Shown here in pieces: positions 17,238 to 27,519 of a stretch of 59,776 nucleotides of DNA. Source of the DNA: Minisyncoccota bacterium (GTDB lineage Bacteria; Patescibacteriota; Minisyncoccia; UBA6257; HR35); assembly GCA_937934285.1 (NCBI GenBank), contig CALHAT010000026.1, forward strand, positions 1-59,776, given 5' to 3'. The stretch's first letter is position 1. Each line of letters starts with the position of its first letter. A program made the position numbers and the translations under genes. A model generated the notes under the pieces. It did not search any database. It was not told the origin of the DNA and was given only the letters and a program-made list of their open reading frames with translations.

Positions 17238-18299
17238 TTATTCTTCAAGTAAATATTTAAGTTTCGTTGGATTTAAACTAAATTCAATAGCTTTTTCTAA
17301 AGAAATCTCATCTAAACGAACTAAGTTAACCAAGGATCTTTCTAAAGATATCATCCCTTCGCTTAAACTGGTATCAATCACGCTATCAATCTGATAAATT
17401 TTGTTTTCCCTTATTAAATTCCTAATAGCATTATTAGCTATTAAAATTTCACAAGCCGGAATTCGACCTCCTCTTATTCTCGGTACTAATCTTTGGGAAA
17501 TAATTCCAATTAAGGTGGAGGCTAATTGTAGTCTTCCTTGAGTTTTTTGATTTTCAGGCAAGACATCAACAATTCGATCAATTGTTTGGGAAGCAGAATT
17601 CGTATGTAATGTTCCCAAAACCAAATGTCCAGTTTCCGCCGCAGTTAAAGCAATTGAGATTGATTCCGGATCTCTTAATTCACCAATCATAATCACATCC
17701 GGATCTTGTCTTAAGGCTGCTCTTAAAGCGCGGTGCCAATTAGGAGAGTGAATAGGAATTTCTCTTTGAGAAATAACTGCTTTATCAGGATTAAATACAT
17801 ATTCAATTGGTTCTTCAATGGTTATAATATGAGATTGTCTTTGATGATTGATTGTATCTATTAGAGCTGCTAATGTTGTTGATTTACCCATACCAGCTGG
17901 ACCGGTTACTAAAATAAATCCTTGTCTTTTTTCAACAAATTCATTTAAAATGGGGGGTAAGTTTAATTCCTCAATACTTTTAATTTCATTAGAAATATAA
18001 CGAAAAGCTCCTGCCCATCCTTGAAATTGAAGATAAATATTCGCTCGAAAACGGATATTTTCTTCTAAGGAAAAAGAAAAATCTATATCTTTAAATTTAT
18101 TTAGCTGAGAAAACAAAACTTCATCCAATAAACTGAAAAGCATTGTTTCTGTATCTTCGGGAACTAAAACATCAAATTGAGTCAATGGGAAAATCTCTCC
18201 ATCTTTTCTCATTAAAGGAAAGCTGCCTGGTAAAATATGCAGGTCTGAAGCTCCTTGCTTTGATATAAAATAGAGATATTCTTTTAGTTTTTGATGCAT
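17238..18299 (-). CDS. pilT: Type IV pilus retraction ATPase
   Basis: GASDLH, GPAGMGKSTT, LRQDPDVIMIGELRD, AAETGHLV, AIRNLIRE. Confidence 0.95.
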   Translation of the reverse strand: MHQKLKEYLYFISKQGASDLHILPGSFPLMRKDGEIFPLTQFDVLVPEDTETMLFSLLDEVLFSQLNKFKDIDFSFSLEENIRFRANIYLQFQGWAGAFRYISNEIKSIEELNLPPILNEFVEKRQGFILVTGPAGMGKSTTLAALIDTINHQRQSHIITIEEPIEYVFNPDKAVISQREIPIHSPNWHRALRAALRQDPDVIMIGELRDPESISIALTAAETGHLVLGTLHTNSASQTIDRIVDVLPENQKTQGRLQLASTLIGIISQRLVPRIRGGRIPACEILIANNAIRNLIRENKIYQIDSVIDTSLSEGMISLERSLVNLVRLDEISLEKAIEFSLNPTKLKYLLEE

Positions 18300-20002
18300 T
18301 AAGCGGATTTGAAAACTTCTTCTAAAGAAACAAGACCTTTGCTTGCTTTTATTATACCATCAAGTCTTAAGGTGATAAAATTTTGTTTTTTTAGAACTTC
18401 TAAAATTTCAGGTTCGCCTTTGTGTTCTAAAATAACTTTAGCAATTTCCTTAGTTATCTCGAACATCTCAAAAATAGCTGTTCTACCTATGAAACCTCGG
18501 TGATGACATTTTTCGCAACCCTTGCTATTAAAACATTTTATGGTTAAATTTTTATAATTTTCCGGCGCTTCCTGTAAAACTTTCTCAGCTTCTAATCTCA
18601 ATTCTTCGGAACAATCCTTTTCTTCTAAACAGTTTGGACAAAGAAGTCTAACTAATCTTTGAGCAATAACCAAATTAACGGTTGACGGAATAAAATAAGC
18701 TTTAACGCCCATATCCAAAAGTCTGGGAATAGCTCCAGCGGCAGTATTAGTATGTAAAGTTGAAAAAACTAAATGTCCTGTTAAAGCAGCATGAATAGCT
18801 AATTCAGCTGTCTCTTCATCGCGGATCTCTCCAACCAATATAACATCAGGATCCTGCCTTAAAATTTCTCTCAATCCTCGAGCAAAAGTATAACTAATCT
18901 CTGGTCTTACTTGCGATTGATTGATGCCTTGAATTTTATATTCAACCGGGTCTTCCAAACTAATAATATTAATATTTTCCTTATTAATTTCTTGAATCAA
19001 AGCGTAAAGAGTGGTCGTTTTTCCTGAACCAGTTGGTCCAGTTACTAAAATCATTCCATAGGGCTTTTTCAAATTAGCACGCATTATTTCGTAATGAAAA
19101 TCAGATAATCCTAATTCAGTAATTTTTTTAAGCCCAATTAAAGGATCTAAAATTCTGATAGCTACTTTCTCACCATTAATTGTCGGTAAAATACCTACTC
19201 GGAAATCTATTTCCCGTCCTTGAACTATAGCTCGGAACCGACCATCTTGAGTAATTCTAGTTTCATCCAGTCTCAAATTAGTTAAAATCTTTACTCGGTT
19301 AACCAAAGGTAAATGAATATCCCTTGGCAGATAAAGCATAGTTTTCAAATCACCATATAACCTAAATCGAACACGGGCTTTATCACTTAAAGGTTCTAAA
19401 TGAATATCTGAAGCATTCAAAGCTACGGCCTTTCTTAATAGGAGTTCGAAAAGTTGAATAATCGGCGCTTCTTGCACACCAACAACTTCTTGAAAAACAA
19501 ATGGCTTTTCGACTTCTATTTTTTTACCAGAAGAACTGCGGAAATTTAGAATATGTTTTTTAACTTCCATCTCGAAATCATAATAATCTTCTAAATGAAG
19601 ATAAAAATCTTTAACGGAAATTAAAAAAAGTTGGATATCTGCTTTTAAATTATGTTTAAGAGGAGCAATTACTCTTGATTGAAAATCAGAAATATCAGGA
19701 TCAACTACTCCTAAATAAAGAATTTTATTTTTAAATTCTAAAGGGAGAATTCTAAAATTGCGCGCCGTAGCTTCAGGAATCAATTTCAAAACCTCTGGGG
19801 GTATTTTCTCGTCAAGAGTAAATTTTTTTATTGGTAGATTATAAATTTTAGCTTTGAAATCCAGAAATTCTTCAGCAGGAATTAAATTTTTATTAAATAA
19901 ATAATCTTCCAAAGGGTAGTTAGAAATTTTTGCTTCTAAAATCCAATCTTGAATTGAGGGGTATTTTTCTTTAAAAAAGGAAATTACCTCTTCATCTTTC
20001 AT
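18299..20002 (-). CDS. pilB: Type IV pilus assembly ATPase (GspE/PilB)
   Basis: ASDIHLEP, QDGRF, GPTGSGKTTTLY, LRQDPDVILVGEIRD, CPNC/CEKC Zn motif. Confidence 0.95.
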   Translation of the reverse strand: MKDEEVISFFKEKYPSIQDWILEAKISNYPLEDYLFNKNLIPAEEFLDFKAKIYNLPIKKFTLDEKIPPEVLKLIPEATARNFRILPLEFKNKILYLGVVDPDISDFQSRVIAPLKHNLKADIQLFLISVKDFYLHLEDYYDFEMEVKKHILNFRSSSGKKIEVEKPFVFQEVVGVQEAPIIQLFELLLRKAVALNASDIHLEPLSDKARVRFRLYGDLKTMLYLPRDIHLPLVNRVKILTNLRLDETRITQDGRFRAIVQGREIDFRVGILPTINGEKVAIRILDPLIGLKKITELGLSDFHYEIMRANLKKPYGMILVTGPTGSGKTTTLYALIQEINKENINIISLEDPVEYKIQGINQSQVRPEISYTFARGLREILRQDPDVILVGEIRDEETAELAIHAALTGHLVFSTLHTNTAAGAIPRLLDMGVKAYFIPSTVNLVIAQRLVRLLCPNCLEEKDCSEELRLEAEKVLQEAPENYKNLTIKCFNSKGCEKCHHRGFIGRTAIFEMFEITKEIAKVILEHKGEPEILEVLKKQNFITLRLDGIIKASKGLVSLEEVFKSA

Positions 20003-20019
20003 TTTTCCCTTATAAAAAA

Positions 20020-20292
20020 TTAGAACAAGCTGTCCCGGCCAATTTCTTCATTTTTTATTAGAGGTAAAATCAAAGTTTCGACGGGTAAATTTTTTAAATA
20101 ATAATTAGCATCTTTAAAAGAGTAATTATTTACAAATTCTATTCTTCTCCTTAAATCCAACATCAATGGTGTTGGTTCTGACGGTTGCTTTAAAATTCTA
20201 AAATACCAAAAGGCATAAATAATAAGTCCGATTATAATTATGAACCAAAAAGTAAAAATTAAAAAATTTATTAAAAAAGACCTATTTTTCAT
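20020..20292 (-). CDS. Small membrane protein of the pil operon (PilP position)
   Basis: N-terminal TM; C-terminal GRDSLF resembles the GRxNPF motif; lies between pilO and pilB. Confidence 0.55.
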   Translation of the reverse strand: MKNRSFLINFLIFTFWFIIIIGLIIYAFWYFRILKQPSEPTPLMLDLRRRIEFVNNYSFKDANYYLKNLPVETLILPLIKNEEIGRDSLF

Positions 20293-20831
20293 TTCGATTT
20301 TCGAGGCAGAAAGTAAGTTTCGACTTCGAATTTGGAAGGTTCCAGGGGTGATAAAATAGCCTTTTTAATTATCATCAAACGAGCACTCTGCTCAAGATAA
20401 TTTATAAATTCATTTAATTTATCGGAATTTAACTGAGCAGTTAAGGTGAAATTTATAGCCGATCGTGGTAAAATAAATTCTTCAAATTGTTGGGTATTTT
20501 CAGTGATTTTAAAATCAGCTCCAGGAAAACTAAGAGCGAAATTTTGATAGCCACTTGCTAAATAATAAATAATTTCCTCTATTTTGGGCTCTGTTGGTAG
20601 CCAAACATCCAAAGTTGAAGTCTGGCCCATAAGCTGTCTTAATGTAACATTTTGATTCAAGCTGTTAATTAATCTTTGTAAATTGTCTAATTCTATTTCT
20701 TTGTTTTTCAATTCATTGAATCTTTTTGCTAATTGAATAGTCTCTTGATATTTAGGATAAAGATAATTATTCATAACATAAAAAATAATGCCAACCAAAA
20801 TTAAAGGTAACATTTTTAACAGGAGATTCAT
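20289..20831 (-). CDS. pilO: PilO-like pilus alignment protein
   Basis: TM, coiled coil, LP...., FINYLEQSARLMII; position after pilN-like gene. Confidence 0.65.
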   Translation of the reverse strand: MNLLLKMLPLILVGIIFYVMNNYLYPKYQETIQLAKRFNELKNKEIELDNLQRLINSLNQNVTLRQLMGQTSTLDVWLPTEPKIEEIIYYLASGYQNFALSFPGADFKITENTQQFEEFILPRSAINFTLTAQLNSDKLNEFINYLEQSARLMIIKKAILSPLEPSKFEVETYFLPRKSK

Positions 20832-21340
20832 TGTTGATAAAAAGAAGGGGTTAAACCAAGGACCATTGTAAAATTAATTTCATTCTGTTCAAATTTAGGA
20901 AATTGGATTTCTTTTATTTGAAAATGCTGTATTTTAGAAAGATAGTTGTGAAATCTAACATAATCAATCCAATCTTTAACTGAAGCTTTAATAGTGATTT
21001 TGTTCTCATCGTTATCAAACTCAAAGTTTTTTATAATTAAGAATTTGGGCATCAACTGATTAAACCGAGCTATAACAAAATTTAAAGAATGTCTCTGGCG
21101 AGCAATTTCTAAAATATTAACAACCTTAGAAAAAACATAAAAAAAGTCATTAGCTTCTAAATTAGTAATTAATTCTTTTTCCCGACGAACTAATTTAGAC
21201 TCAAGATCGTTAATTTGCTGACTAAGTTTTTGATTATAAAAATTCAAACCATAACTAAGCAAGTATTCCGTTAATAAGATAAGAGCAAAAGGTAGAATTA
21301 TGCCTAAAGGTAAAACATTATTTAATTTTAATTTTTCCAT
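20828..21340 (-). CDS. pilN: PilN-like pilus alignment protein
   Basis: TM, coiled coil and ferredoxin-like C-terminus; follows pilM. Confidence 0.6.
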   Translation of the reverse strand: MEKLKLNNVLPLGIILPFALILLTEYLLSYGLNFYNQKLSQQINDLESKLVRREKELITNLEANDFFYVFSKVVNILEIARQRHSLNFVIARFNQLMPKFLIIKNFEFDNDENKITIKASVKDWIDYVRFHNYLSKIQHFQIKEIQFPKFEQNEINFTMVLGLTPSFYQQ

Positions 21341-21352
21341 TATACTTATATT

Positions 21353-22393
21353 TTAACTTAATAATTTTTTCATTAAAATACCTATTGCTTGACTAAAAAG
21401 ACAAGATTTTTCTTCTAACCTTTTAAACTTATTGCCTTCAACAAAATTAGCTGGGGATAAAATCTCGAAACTAATTTCTTGAAAACGCTGCAACATTGCT
21501 TCTTTGAAACCAGGAAGAAGACAAACTCCACCAGTTAAATAGATTTTATTTATTTTCATTAAAAATTTGTCTTCTAAATTTTTAATTTCGTTTATAATTA
21601 CTGAGTATAAATTATCGAGAAAGGTTTGGGCCATACTTTTAATTTCAACTTCTTCGGGATTAAAGATAAAACCTTTCGCCTGAACAAACTCAAGAACTTT
21701 ATCTTCAGGATATTTGGTTAAGTCGTGAATCATACTCAAATAATCAAAACCTCTTAACTTTAAACGGTTACTAAATATTAATCTACCATCCTTAACCAAG
21801 CTAATTATTGAATAAGAGTGGCCTAAATCTATTATACCGTAATTTCCTACCGCTTGCCAAAAATAAGGTTCTAAATTTAAATATTCACTACTATAGCCAT
21901 CGAGTCTTAATTTAGATAATTTGGCGATGTTTTCGATTCGTTGAATATAATTTTTAGGGATAGCGGTTAAAAAAACTAAATATTCTTTGTGTTTATTTTC
22001 TTTTTCAATCTCAAGGTAATTATACTCAATTTCAATTTCCTCTAAGGCAAGCGGTATTTGTTTTTGAGCCTCAAATTTGATAACTTGAGGAATATTTTTA
22101 GATGGAATATTGGGTATTAAAAAATTTACGGGGAAAACATAGGGAGCAGGAACACTAACAAATATTTGGTTGGTTTGTATTTTGGCTTCTTTAATGAAAT
22201 TTCTTAAAATAGAGGCGATCGTTTCTTCGACAATATGAGAAGTGGTTAAAATTTCTTTAAAATTAATAATGGGGATAACCCCAAAATTAGTAATTTCTAT
22301 TTTGCTTTCTTTTCTACGACATTCAACGATTTTAATATTAATTGAACCAAAATCAATGCTTAAAAACCTTTTTTCCCCAAAAAATAAAATCAT
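21353..22393 (-). CDS. pilM: Type IV pilus assembly protein PilM
   Basis: SIDFGSINIKIVE, FEAQKQIP, IIDLGH, IYLTGG, AIG. Confidence 0.9.
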   Translation of the reverse strand: MILFFGEKRFLSIDFGSINIKIVECRRKESKIEITNFGVIPIINFKEILTTSHIVEETIASILRNFIKEAKIQTNQIFVSVPAPYVFPVNFLIPNIPSKNIPQVIKFEAQKQIPLALEEIEIEYNYLEIEKENKHKEYLVFLTAIPKNYIQRIENIAKLSKLRLDGYSSEYLNLEPYFWQAVGNYGIIDLGHSYSIISLVKDGRLIFSNRLKLRGFDYLSMIHDLTKYPEDKVLEFVQAKGFIFNPEEVEIKSMAQTFLDNLYSVIINEIKNLEDKFLMKINKIYLTGGVCLLPGFKEAMLQRFQEISFEILSPANFVEGNKFKRLEEKSCLFSQAIGILMKKLLS

Positions 22394-23057
22394 AAATAAA
22401 TTATATCATTATTTCCGAGAAATTTTATCCCCGAAATATTGTTTGAATTGTTTTCAATTTGATAAAAACTACATTTGTTCTAATTGTCTTAAAAATTTAA
22501 ATTTTAGAATAAATTTTAATTGTTTGGAATGCGGTCGAAAAATAATTTCTCATTGTCAAATAAAAAATCACTCAAAATTAATAAAATTTTTAATAAGTTT
22601 TAACAGTTCGGAAAATAAGACCCTCTATGAAGCAATACTTTTAGGTAAAAAGGGCGCCTATGAAATTTTTAATGATTTTGGTTATTATCTTGGTCAGGAG
22701 CTCAAAAAATATAATTTTAGAGATTATTATTTAACTTTCATTCCTTTAACCAGAAAAAAACTTTTAGAGAGAGGCTTCAATCAAACTGAAATTTTAGCTC
22801 AAGCTATTAGTCAAACAACTGGTTTGAAAATATTTTCTGAGATTTTAAAAATTAAAGAAACCAGCGATCAAGCAGTCTTAAATTATGAGCAGAGATTAAA
22901 AAATTTACAAGGATCTTTTAGTTTAAAAAATAAACCTCCAGCAAAATTAATTTTGATTGACGACCTTAAAACAACTGGCGCTACTCTAAAAGAGTGTTCT
23001 CGGGTTTTAAAAACTGGCGGCGCTAAAGAAATAATCGCCTTAACTATCTTAAGTTAA
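22356..23057 (+). CDS. comF: ComF-family competence protein (double Zn ribbon plus PRTase)
   Basis: CLNC/CSNC/CLEC, RGFNQ, LIDDLKTTGATL; start uncertain (ATG 22356 overlaps pilM head-to-head). Confidence 0.88.
   Translation: MLKNLFSPKNKIINKLYHYFREILSPKYCLNCFQFDKNYICSNCLKNLNFRINFNCLECGRKIISHCQIKNHSKLIKFLISFNSSENKTLYEAILLGKKGAYEIFNDFGYYLGQELKKYNFRDYYLTFIPLTRKKLLERGFNQTEILAQAISQTTGLKIFSEILKIKETSDQAVLNYEQRLKNLQGSFSLKNKPPAKLILIDDLKTTGATLKECSRVLKTGGAKEIIALTILS
22400..22408 (-). promoter_or_regulatory. Extended -10 (TGATATAAT) 6 nt upstream of pilM ATG; probable start of the pil operon
   Basis: Minus strand reads TGA-TATAAT-TTATTT-ATG. Confidence 0.6.
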
Positions 23058-24083
23058 TCTTAAGAAAAGATAAAGAACCGTCCCCAAAAGACAACCTAAA
23101 AGATTTATCATCCAAAATCGGAAAGTAATATTAGCTTCATGCCAACCTATGGCTCGGAAGTGATGATGAATAGGAGTTGAAAGAAAGATTTTTCTTTTAA
23201 AAAATTTTTTGGAAAAGACCTGGGAAATTACCGACAGAGCTTCAATAACAAAAATCGGAAGCAAAAATGGTAAGAGCAGACTGCTTTGAGTAAAGAAAGC
23301 CATTAAAACTATCGAGATACTTACAGAAAAAGACCCCGTATTACCATCAAAAAACTTAGCCGGATAAAAATTAAACCAAAGATAAGAAAGTAAAGAACCT
23401 AATAAAGCTGAACCAAAACTGGCTAAATTGTAATCTTGATTAAGAAAAGCGAAAATTGTTAATACTAAAATGCTCATAAAAGAAAGTCCCCCAAAAAGGC
23501 CATCAACACCATCAGTAATGTCTCCGGAAAGCACAGTGGCTAAAAAAACAAAAAGAAAATAAATAAAGAAAAAAATAGTGCCGACAAAAATTCTTTGATC
23601 AGCCAAATCAATAAAATTAATGCTTAATTTAGAAACAAACCACCAGGCGAAAATAAGACCGATACTTAAATAAACCAGAAATGTATCGCGGCGACGAAGA
23701 CCATAAGAATTAAATTGTCTTAATAAATCGTCAATTAATCCAAAAAAACCACCCAAGAAAAGACCGGCTAAGGGAAGATAAGTTTCGCGGCGACTTACGA
23801 AATTTAAAAAATCAAAGAAAGAACTAAAATTTTTAAAAATTTCTAAAAGGAGAGCTAAAAAAAGAGGAGGTAGCCAAATAATTACTCCAGCCATTGTTGG
23901 CGTTCCAGCTTTTTCTTTTAAAGTCTCGGTAGCAATTGGTGCTTCGACTCGGTGAGGTTTGTCTGTGAACCCAAATTTTAAAGCTAATTTTAAATAAATC
24001 GGTACTAATAATAAAGATGTAAAAAAACTTAAAATTCCCAAACTTAAAACCTTAATTAAATTTAAAAAAAAATTAACCTCCAT
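23049..24083 (-). CDS. mraY: Phospho-N-acetylmuramoyl-pentapeptide transferase
   Basis: KAGTPTMAG, GLIDD, TDGVDGL, FNFYPAKFF, PIHHHF. Confidence 0.93.
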   Translation of the reverse strand: MEVNFFLNLIKVLSLGILSFFTSLLLVPIYLKLALKFGFTDKPHRVEAPIATETLKEKAGTPTMAGVIIWLPPLFLALLLEIFKNFSSFFDFLNFVSRRETYLPLAGLFLGGFFGLIDDLLRQFNSYGLRRRDTFLVYLSIGLIFAWWFVSKLSINFIDLADQRIFVGTIFFFIYFLFVFLATVLSGDITDGVDGLFGGLSFMSILVLTIFAFLNQDYNLASFGSALLGSLLSYLWFNFYPAKFFDGNTGSFSVSISIVLMAFFTQSSLLLPFLLPIFVIEALSVISQVFSKKFFKRKIFLSTPIHHHFRAIGWHEANITFRFWMINLLGCLLGTVLYLFLRLT

Positions 24084-24924
24084 AATAAACTTTTAAAGCT
24101 TTAATTATCTTTTCGGCATCGCTAAATCGATCTTTAGAATTTAAAAGAATAACATTTATAAAGGGTGATTTTTCAAATTTTAAAATCATTAGAAAACATT
24201 CGCCGGCTTCGTAGGTAAAACCCGTTTTAGCACCAACAAAAATGTTTTTATATTTTGGCAAAAGAAGGTTAGTTGTCCAAAGAATTTTTCCATTAATAGT
24301 GATTTTTTCTAGAGTGGTTAAATTAAAAATTTCTGGTGCTAACGAATAAATTTTTTCAGTTAAAAGATAAAGATCATAAGCAGAGGCTTTATTATCTTTG
24401 CTAACACCGGTGGGATCGACAAAATAAGTATTGTTCATTTTAAATTCTTTAGCTTTTTGATTCATTAAAGAAACAAAATTTTTAAGATAATTTTTTTTAG
24501 CTAACAAATAGATAGCATCATTACTGGAAGCAACTAAAGAAGCTTGTAAGGCTTGATCCCGGCTTATTGGTTCACCAATATAAAAATTTCCCACCTGGCC
24601 TTCCTGGTTTATAGATTCTTCATCAAAAATAAAAATATCGTCGGGTTTATAAATTAAATAAGCTATATAAGCACTCATCAATTTAGTTAACGAAGCAATA
24701 GGCTTAGAAATAAAAGTATTTTTGGCGAATAAGGTTTTACCGTTTAACTCTTTAATTAAAATTACCTCAGCGGAGATATTATTTTGTTCAATTAATAAAA
24801 AACTTTCCCTATTTTTAACAAAATCCTCTTCCTGAAAAACGACAGCTTTATTTTGATTCAAATTTAAAATAATAGGTTGATCACTTATTTTAGACAAATT
24901 TAAAAACAAAATTAAAAAAAACAT
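24073..24924 (-). CDS. D-Ala-D-Ala carboxypeptidase (peptidase S11)
   Basis: PIASLTKLM (SxxK), SSNDA (SxN), AKTGFT (KTG). Confidence 0.9.
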   Translation of the reverse strand: MFFLILFLNLSKISDQPIILNLNQNKAVVFQEEDFVKNRESFLLIEQNNISAEVILIKELNGKTLFAKNTFISKPIASLTKLMSAYIAYLIYKPDDIFIFDEESINQEGQVGNFYIGEPISRDQALQASLVASSNDAIYLLAKKNYLKNFVSLMNQKAKEFKMNNTYFVDPTGVSKDNKASAYDLYLLTEKIYSLAPEIFNLTTLEKITINGKILWTTNLLLPKYKNIFVGAKTGFTYEAGECFLMILKFEKSPFINVILLNSKDRFSDAEKIIKALKVYYGG

Positions 24925-25421
24925 TATTTTTTATCCTGAATCTCTTTATGAAGATCTTGGTAATCGGGTAAATCTTTTTCAGTATGGGCACCCAAAGCTT
25001 TTAAAAATTCATAACTGAGACGATAATAATTCTTTTCTTTTTTGACAAATCCATTATTCAAGAGCTCTTTCAAAACTAAAGCAGATTTTTTCCCCCGCAA
25101 CTTGTTGATTTCACGAAGACTTATCGGACCTCCATAAGCAATAATAGCGAGAACCTCTAAAATTTCTTGAATAATTTCGTTTTCTTCAAAATCAAAAAAG
25201 TTTATTAAATACTTATAAAGTTCAGGTCGAGTAACTAATTCAAATGTTTCTCCGTCTTCATAGATAAAAAAACCGGTGTCTTGAAATTTTTTATTAGCTA
25301 AAGCTATTAATTCTTCCAAATCGAAACCGTAAAAGAATTGAATTAATATTGTTTTTTTAATCTTTCTCCGGCTAGCTAAAAAAATTGCTTCTAAAATTTT
25401 TACTGCTAGGTCTTTATCCAT
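24924..25421 (-). CDS. scpB: SMC-Scp complex subunit ScpB
   Basis: LEAIFLAS, LEVLAIIAYGGPIS..EINKLRG, FLKALG...DLP. Confidence 0.85.
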   Translation of the reverse strand: MDKDLAVKILEAIFLASRRKIKKTILIQFFYGFDLEELIALANKKFQDTGFFIYEDGETFELVTRPELYKYLINFFDFEENEIIQEILEVLAIIAYGGPISLREINKLRGKKSALVLKELLNNGFVKKEKNYYRLSYEFLKALGAHTEKDLPDYQDLHKEIQDKK

Positions 25422-25685
25422 TTATTTAGGGGTATTAACTTTCAGAGCAATAGCGGCTCCAACCGCGCCTCCGATACTTTTCGCAATTCTCCTAATAGCA
25501 TTAATGGTTGAACCTTTTTTACCAATAATTAAACTTAGAACATCTTTGGGACCGGTTATTTCAACTAAAACACCTCTTTCATCAACATTAGCTTTAATCT
25601 CTAATTGTTCGACCTTTTGAGGATCTACCCATAAAGAGAACAAAGTACGGAGACGTTTTTCAATCTCTCTTAATTTTTCTGGCAT
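25422..25685 (-). CDS. KH domain RNA-binding protein (KhpA/YlqC-like)
   Basis: DERGVLVEI, IIGKKGSTINAIR (GxxG); true start ATG 25685 because the ORF-track start runs into the tRNA. Confidence 0.85.
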   Translation of the reverse strand: MPEKLREIEKRLRTLFSLWVDPQKVEQLEIKANVDERGVLVEITGPKDVLSLIIGKKGSTINAIRRIAKSIGGAVGAAIALKVNTPK

Positions 25686-25721
25686 TTCTTGGAATTTTTT
25701 CTTAACTTTCGACACATAATG

Positions 25722-25795
25722 AGCCAGGGACGGGATTTGAACCCGTGACCTCCGCATTACCAGAGCGGTGCTCTTACCAACTGAGCTACCCTGGC
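25722..25795 (-). tRNA. tRNA-Thr(GGT)
   Basis: GCCAGGG acceptor stem, TAGCTCAGTTGGTAAGAGC D arm, CT-GGT-AA loop, GGTTCAAATCC T arm; CCA not encoded. Confidence 0.93.
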
Positions 25796-25853
25796 TTATC
25801 TATAATATTATATAAAAAAATTTCAATTCGACAACTATGTTAAAATATTTTTA

Positions 25854-26411
25854 ATGACAAAAGAAAAAATAAAACTAATTTATGGGATTGGTAATGAGGA
25901 TAAAAATTTTGTAAACTCTGTTCATAATTTAGGTAAAGAAATTATTAAATTTTATTTTCAAAAGCCAATAGATTTGAGACATTCTCTTTATGAAAAAAAT
26001 GATTCTTTGATTTTAGCAACTAATTTAGGTTATGTCAATTTAGCTGGTCAGGGTTTAAAAGAACTCTTAGAAAAATTTAAATTAAAGCCAGAAAACATTC
26101 TAGTTATTCATGACGATGCTGATTTAGTTTTTCCGATTTTTAAAACCAGCTTTGGGGTTGGTTCAGCTGGTCATAAAGGCATAGAGTCAATTATCAAAAA
26201 TTTAAAAACAAAAAATTTTTGGCGTTTTCGCATCGGCATCCAAAAAAAGAAAAGAAGAAAAGCCGAAGAAATTGTTTTAAGAAAATGGTCTTCAAATGAA
26301 AAAAAGGTTGTTGATAAAATTAAAAAGAAATTTAAAATTATTTTCGAAAAATTAACTGAAGGAAAATTGCCGAATGAATTAAATTTAGAAAAAGAATATT
26401 TTTTAAGATAA
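25854..26411 (+). CDS. pth: Peptidyl-tRNA hydrolase
   Basis: YGIGN, HNLG, YVNLAG, VIHDDAD, GSAGHKGIESI, RFRIGI. Confidence 0.9.
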   Translation: MTKEKIKLIYGIGNEDKNFVNSVHNLGKEIIKFYFQKPIDLRHSLYEKNDSLILATNLGYVNLAGQGLKELLEKFKLKPENILVIHDDADLVFPIFKTSFGVGSAGHKGIESIIKNLKTKNFWRFRIGIQKKKRRKAEEIVLRKWSSNEKKVVDKIKKKFKIIFEKLTEGKLPNELNLEKEYFLR

Positions 26412-26413
26412 CA

Positions 26414-27364
26414 ATGGGCTTAAGAGAGAAAATTAAAAACATTAATCAAGAAATTTTTCAAAGAATTTTTGAGGTTAGAGAAATCAATTTAGATTTAGAA
26501 AATTTTGAAAGTTTTCCTGAATTTCAAAAACAAGAGCTTCTTTTCATCAAAGATAAAATCTTGGGCCTTGAAGCTATTTTTAATTTTTCAAGAAAAAAAA
26601 GACCTCAACCAAGAACCGAAACAAAAATTGAAAATGAACCTGATCCTTTTTGTAATGCTCATAATTTAACCCCCATTGATGAGCTTGGTCGTTTAGAAAA
26701 TGAATCAGCTCTTACCGCGGCTAATCTTTCCAAAATGGCTGATTATCATAGCTTAATCATTTTTAAAAAACATAGATTTACTGAGTTAACCGAAAAAGAT
26801 TTTATTGAAGCTTTAAATTTAGCTCAGGAATGGTTTGAAAAAATAAAAGAGCTTGATCCAAGAATCTTCACTCAAATTTTGATTTGGAACTATCATTATC
26901 GTGCTGCTGCTTCTATTTTACACCCCCATTTTCAAGTTTTAGCTTTCAAAGAAATACCTCAACGTCTTGAAGATTGGCAAAAAAGGATTGAAGATTATCA
27001 AGAAAAATTTAGGAGTGATTATTTTGCCGATTATTTTCAAGTTGCTCAAGAATTAGGAATTACTAAAAGTTTTCCTAATTTAAAAGCCTGGTTAAGTTTA
27101 ACGCCCTTTAAAGAAAAGACAGTTTTTTTTGAAGGTAATTTGAAAAATGATTTTTGGCAAATTTTAGAAAAATTAATTCAAAATGGAACTCAGAGTTTTA
27201 ATCTTTTTTATCTTTATCGAACAACTTATTTGAAAAATTTTGGCTTTTTCGTTGATCGTGGTGAAATAAATAAAATAAACTCTGATTTTGGTGCTTTGGA
27301 AATTTTTGGTTTACCAGTTGTTTCTTATGATCCGATCGAGTTAGCCGGTTTAATATTTAGTTGA
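26414..27364 (+). CDS. GalT-like nucleotidyltransferase (HIT superfamily)
   Basis: RPQ...DPFC and WN...AAASILHPHFQ (GalT HxHxQ motif). Confidence 0.7.
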   Translation: MGLREKIKNINQEIFQRIFEVREINLDLENFESFPEFQKQELLFIKDKILGLEAIFNFSRKKRPQPRTETKIENEPDPFCNAHNLTPIDELGRLENESALTAANLSKMADYHSLIIFKKHRFTELTEKDFIEALNLAQEWFEKIKELDPRIFTQILIWNYHYRAAASILHPHFQVLAFKEIPQRLEDWQKRIEDYQEKFRSDYFADYFQVAQELGITKSFPNLKAWLSLTPFKEKTVFFEGNLKNDFWQILEKLIQNGTQSFNLFYLYRTTYLKNFGFFVDRGEINKINSDFGALEIFGLPVVSYDPIELAGLIFS

Positions 27365-27517
27365 AGTTGAAAATTCTTCAGGAACCAAAAGGGGTATTGT
27401 TTCTTTGGGGCTAAATTGTGAAGGTTTTTCTCTTCTAACTTCAATAGGAAGGAAAATAAAATAAGCTAAGAGACTAAGACCGACGAGCCAAAGAATAATT
27501 TTTGTTGCTCTTACCAT
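27350..27517 (-). CDS. Small single-TM protein (55 aa), not in the ORF track
   Basis: ATG 2 nt after the rnj stop: MVRATKIILWLVGLSLLAYFIFLPIEVRREKPSQF...STKY; fills the gap. Confidence 0.55.
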   Translation of the reverse strand: MVRATKIILWLVGLSLLAYFIFLPIEVRREKPSQFSPKETIPLLVPEEFSTSTKY

Positions 27518-27519
27518 TT

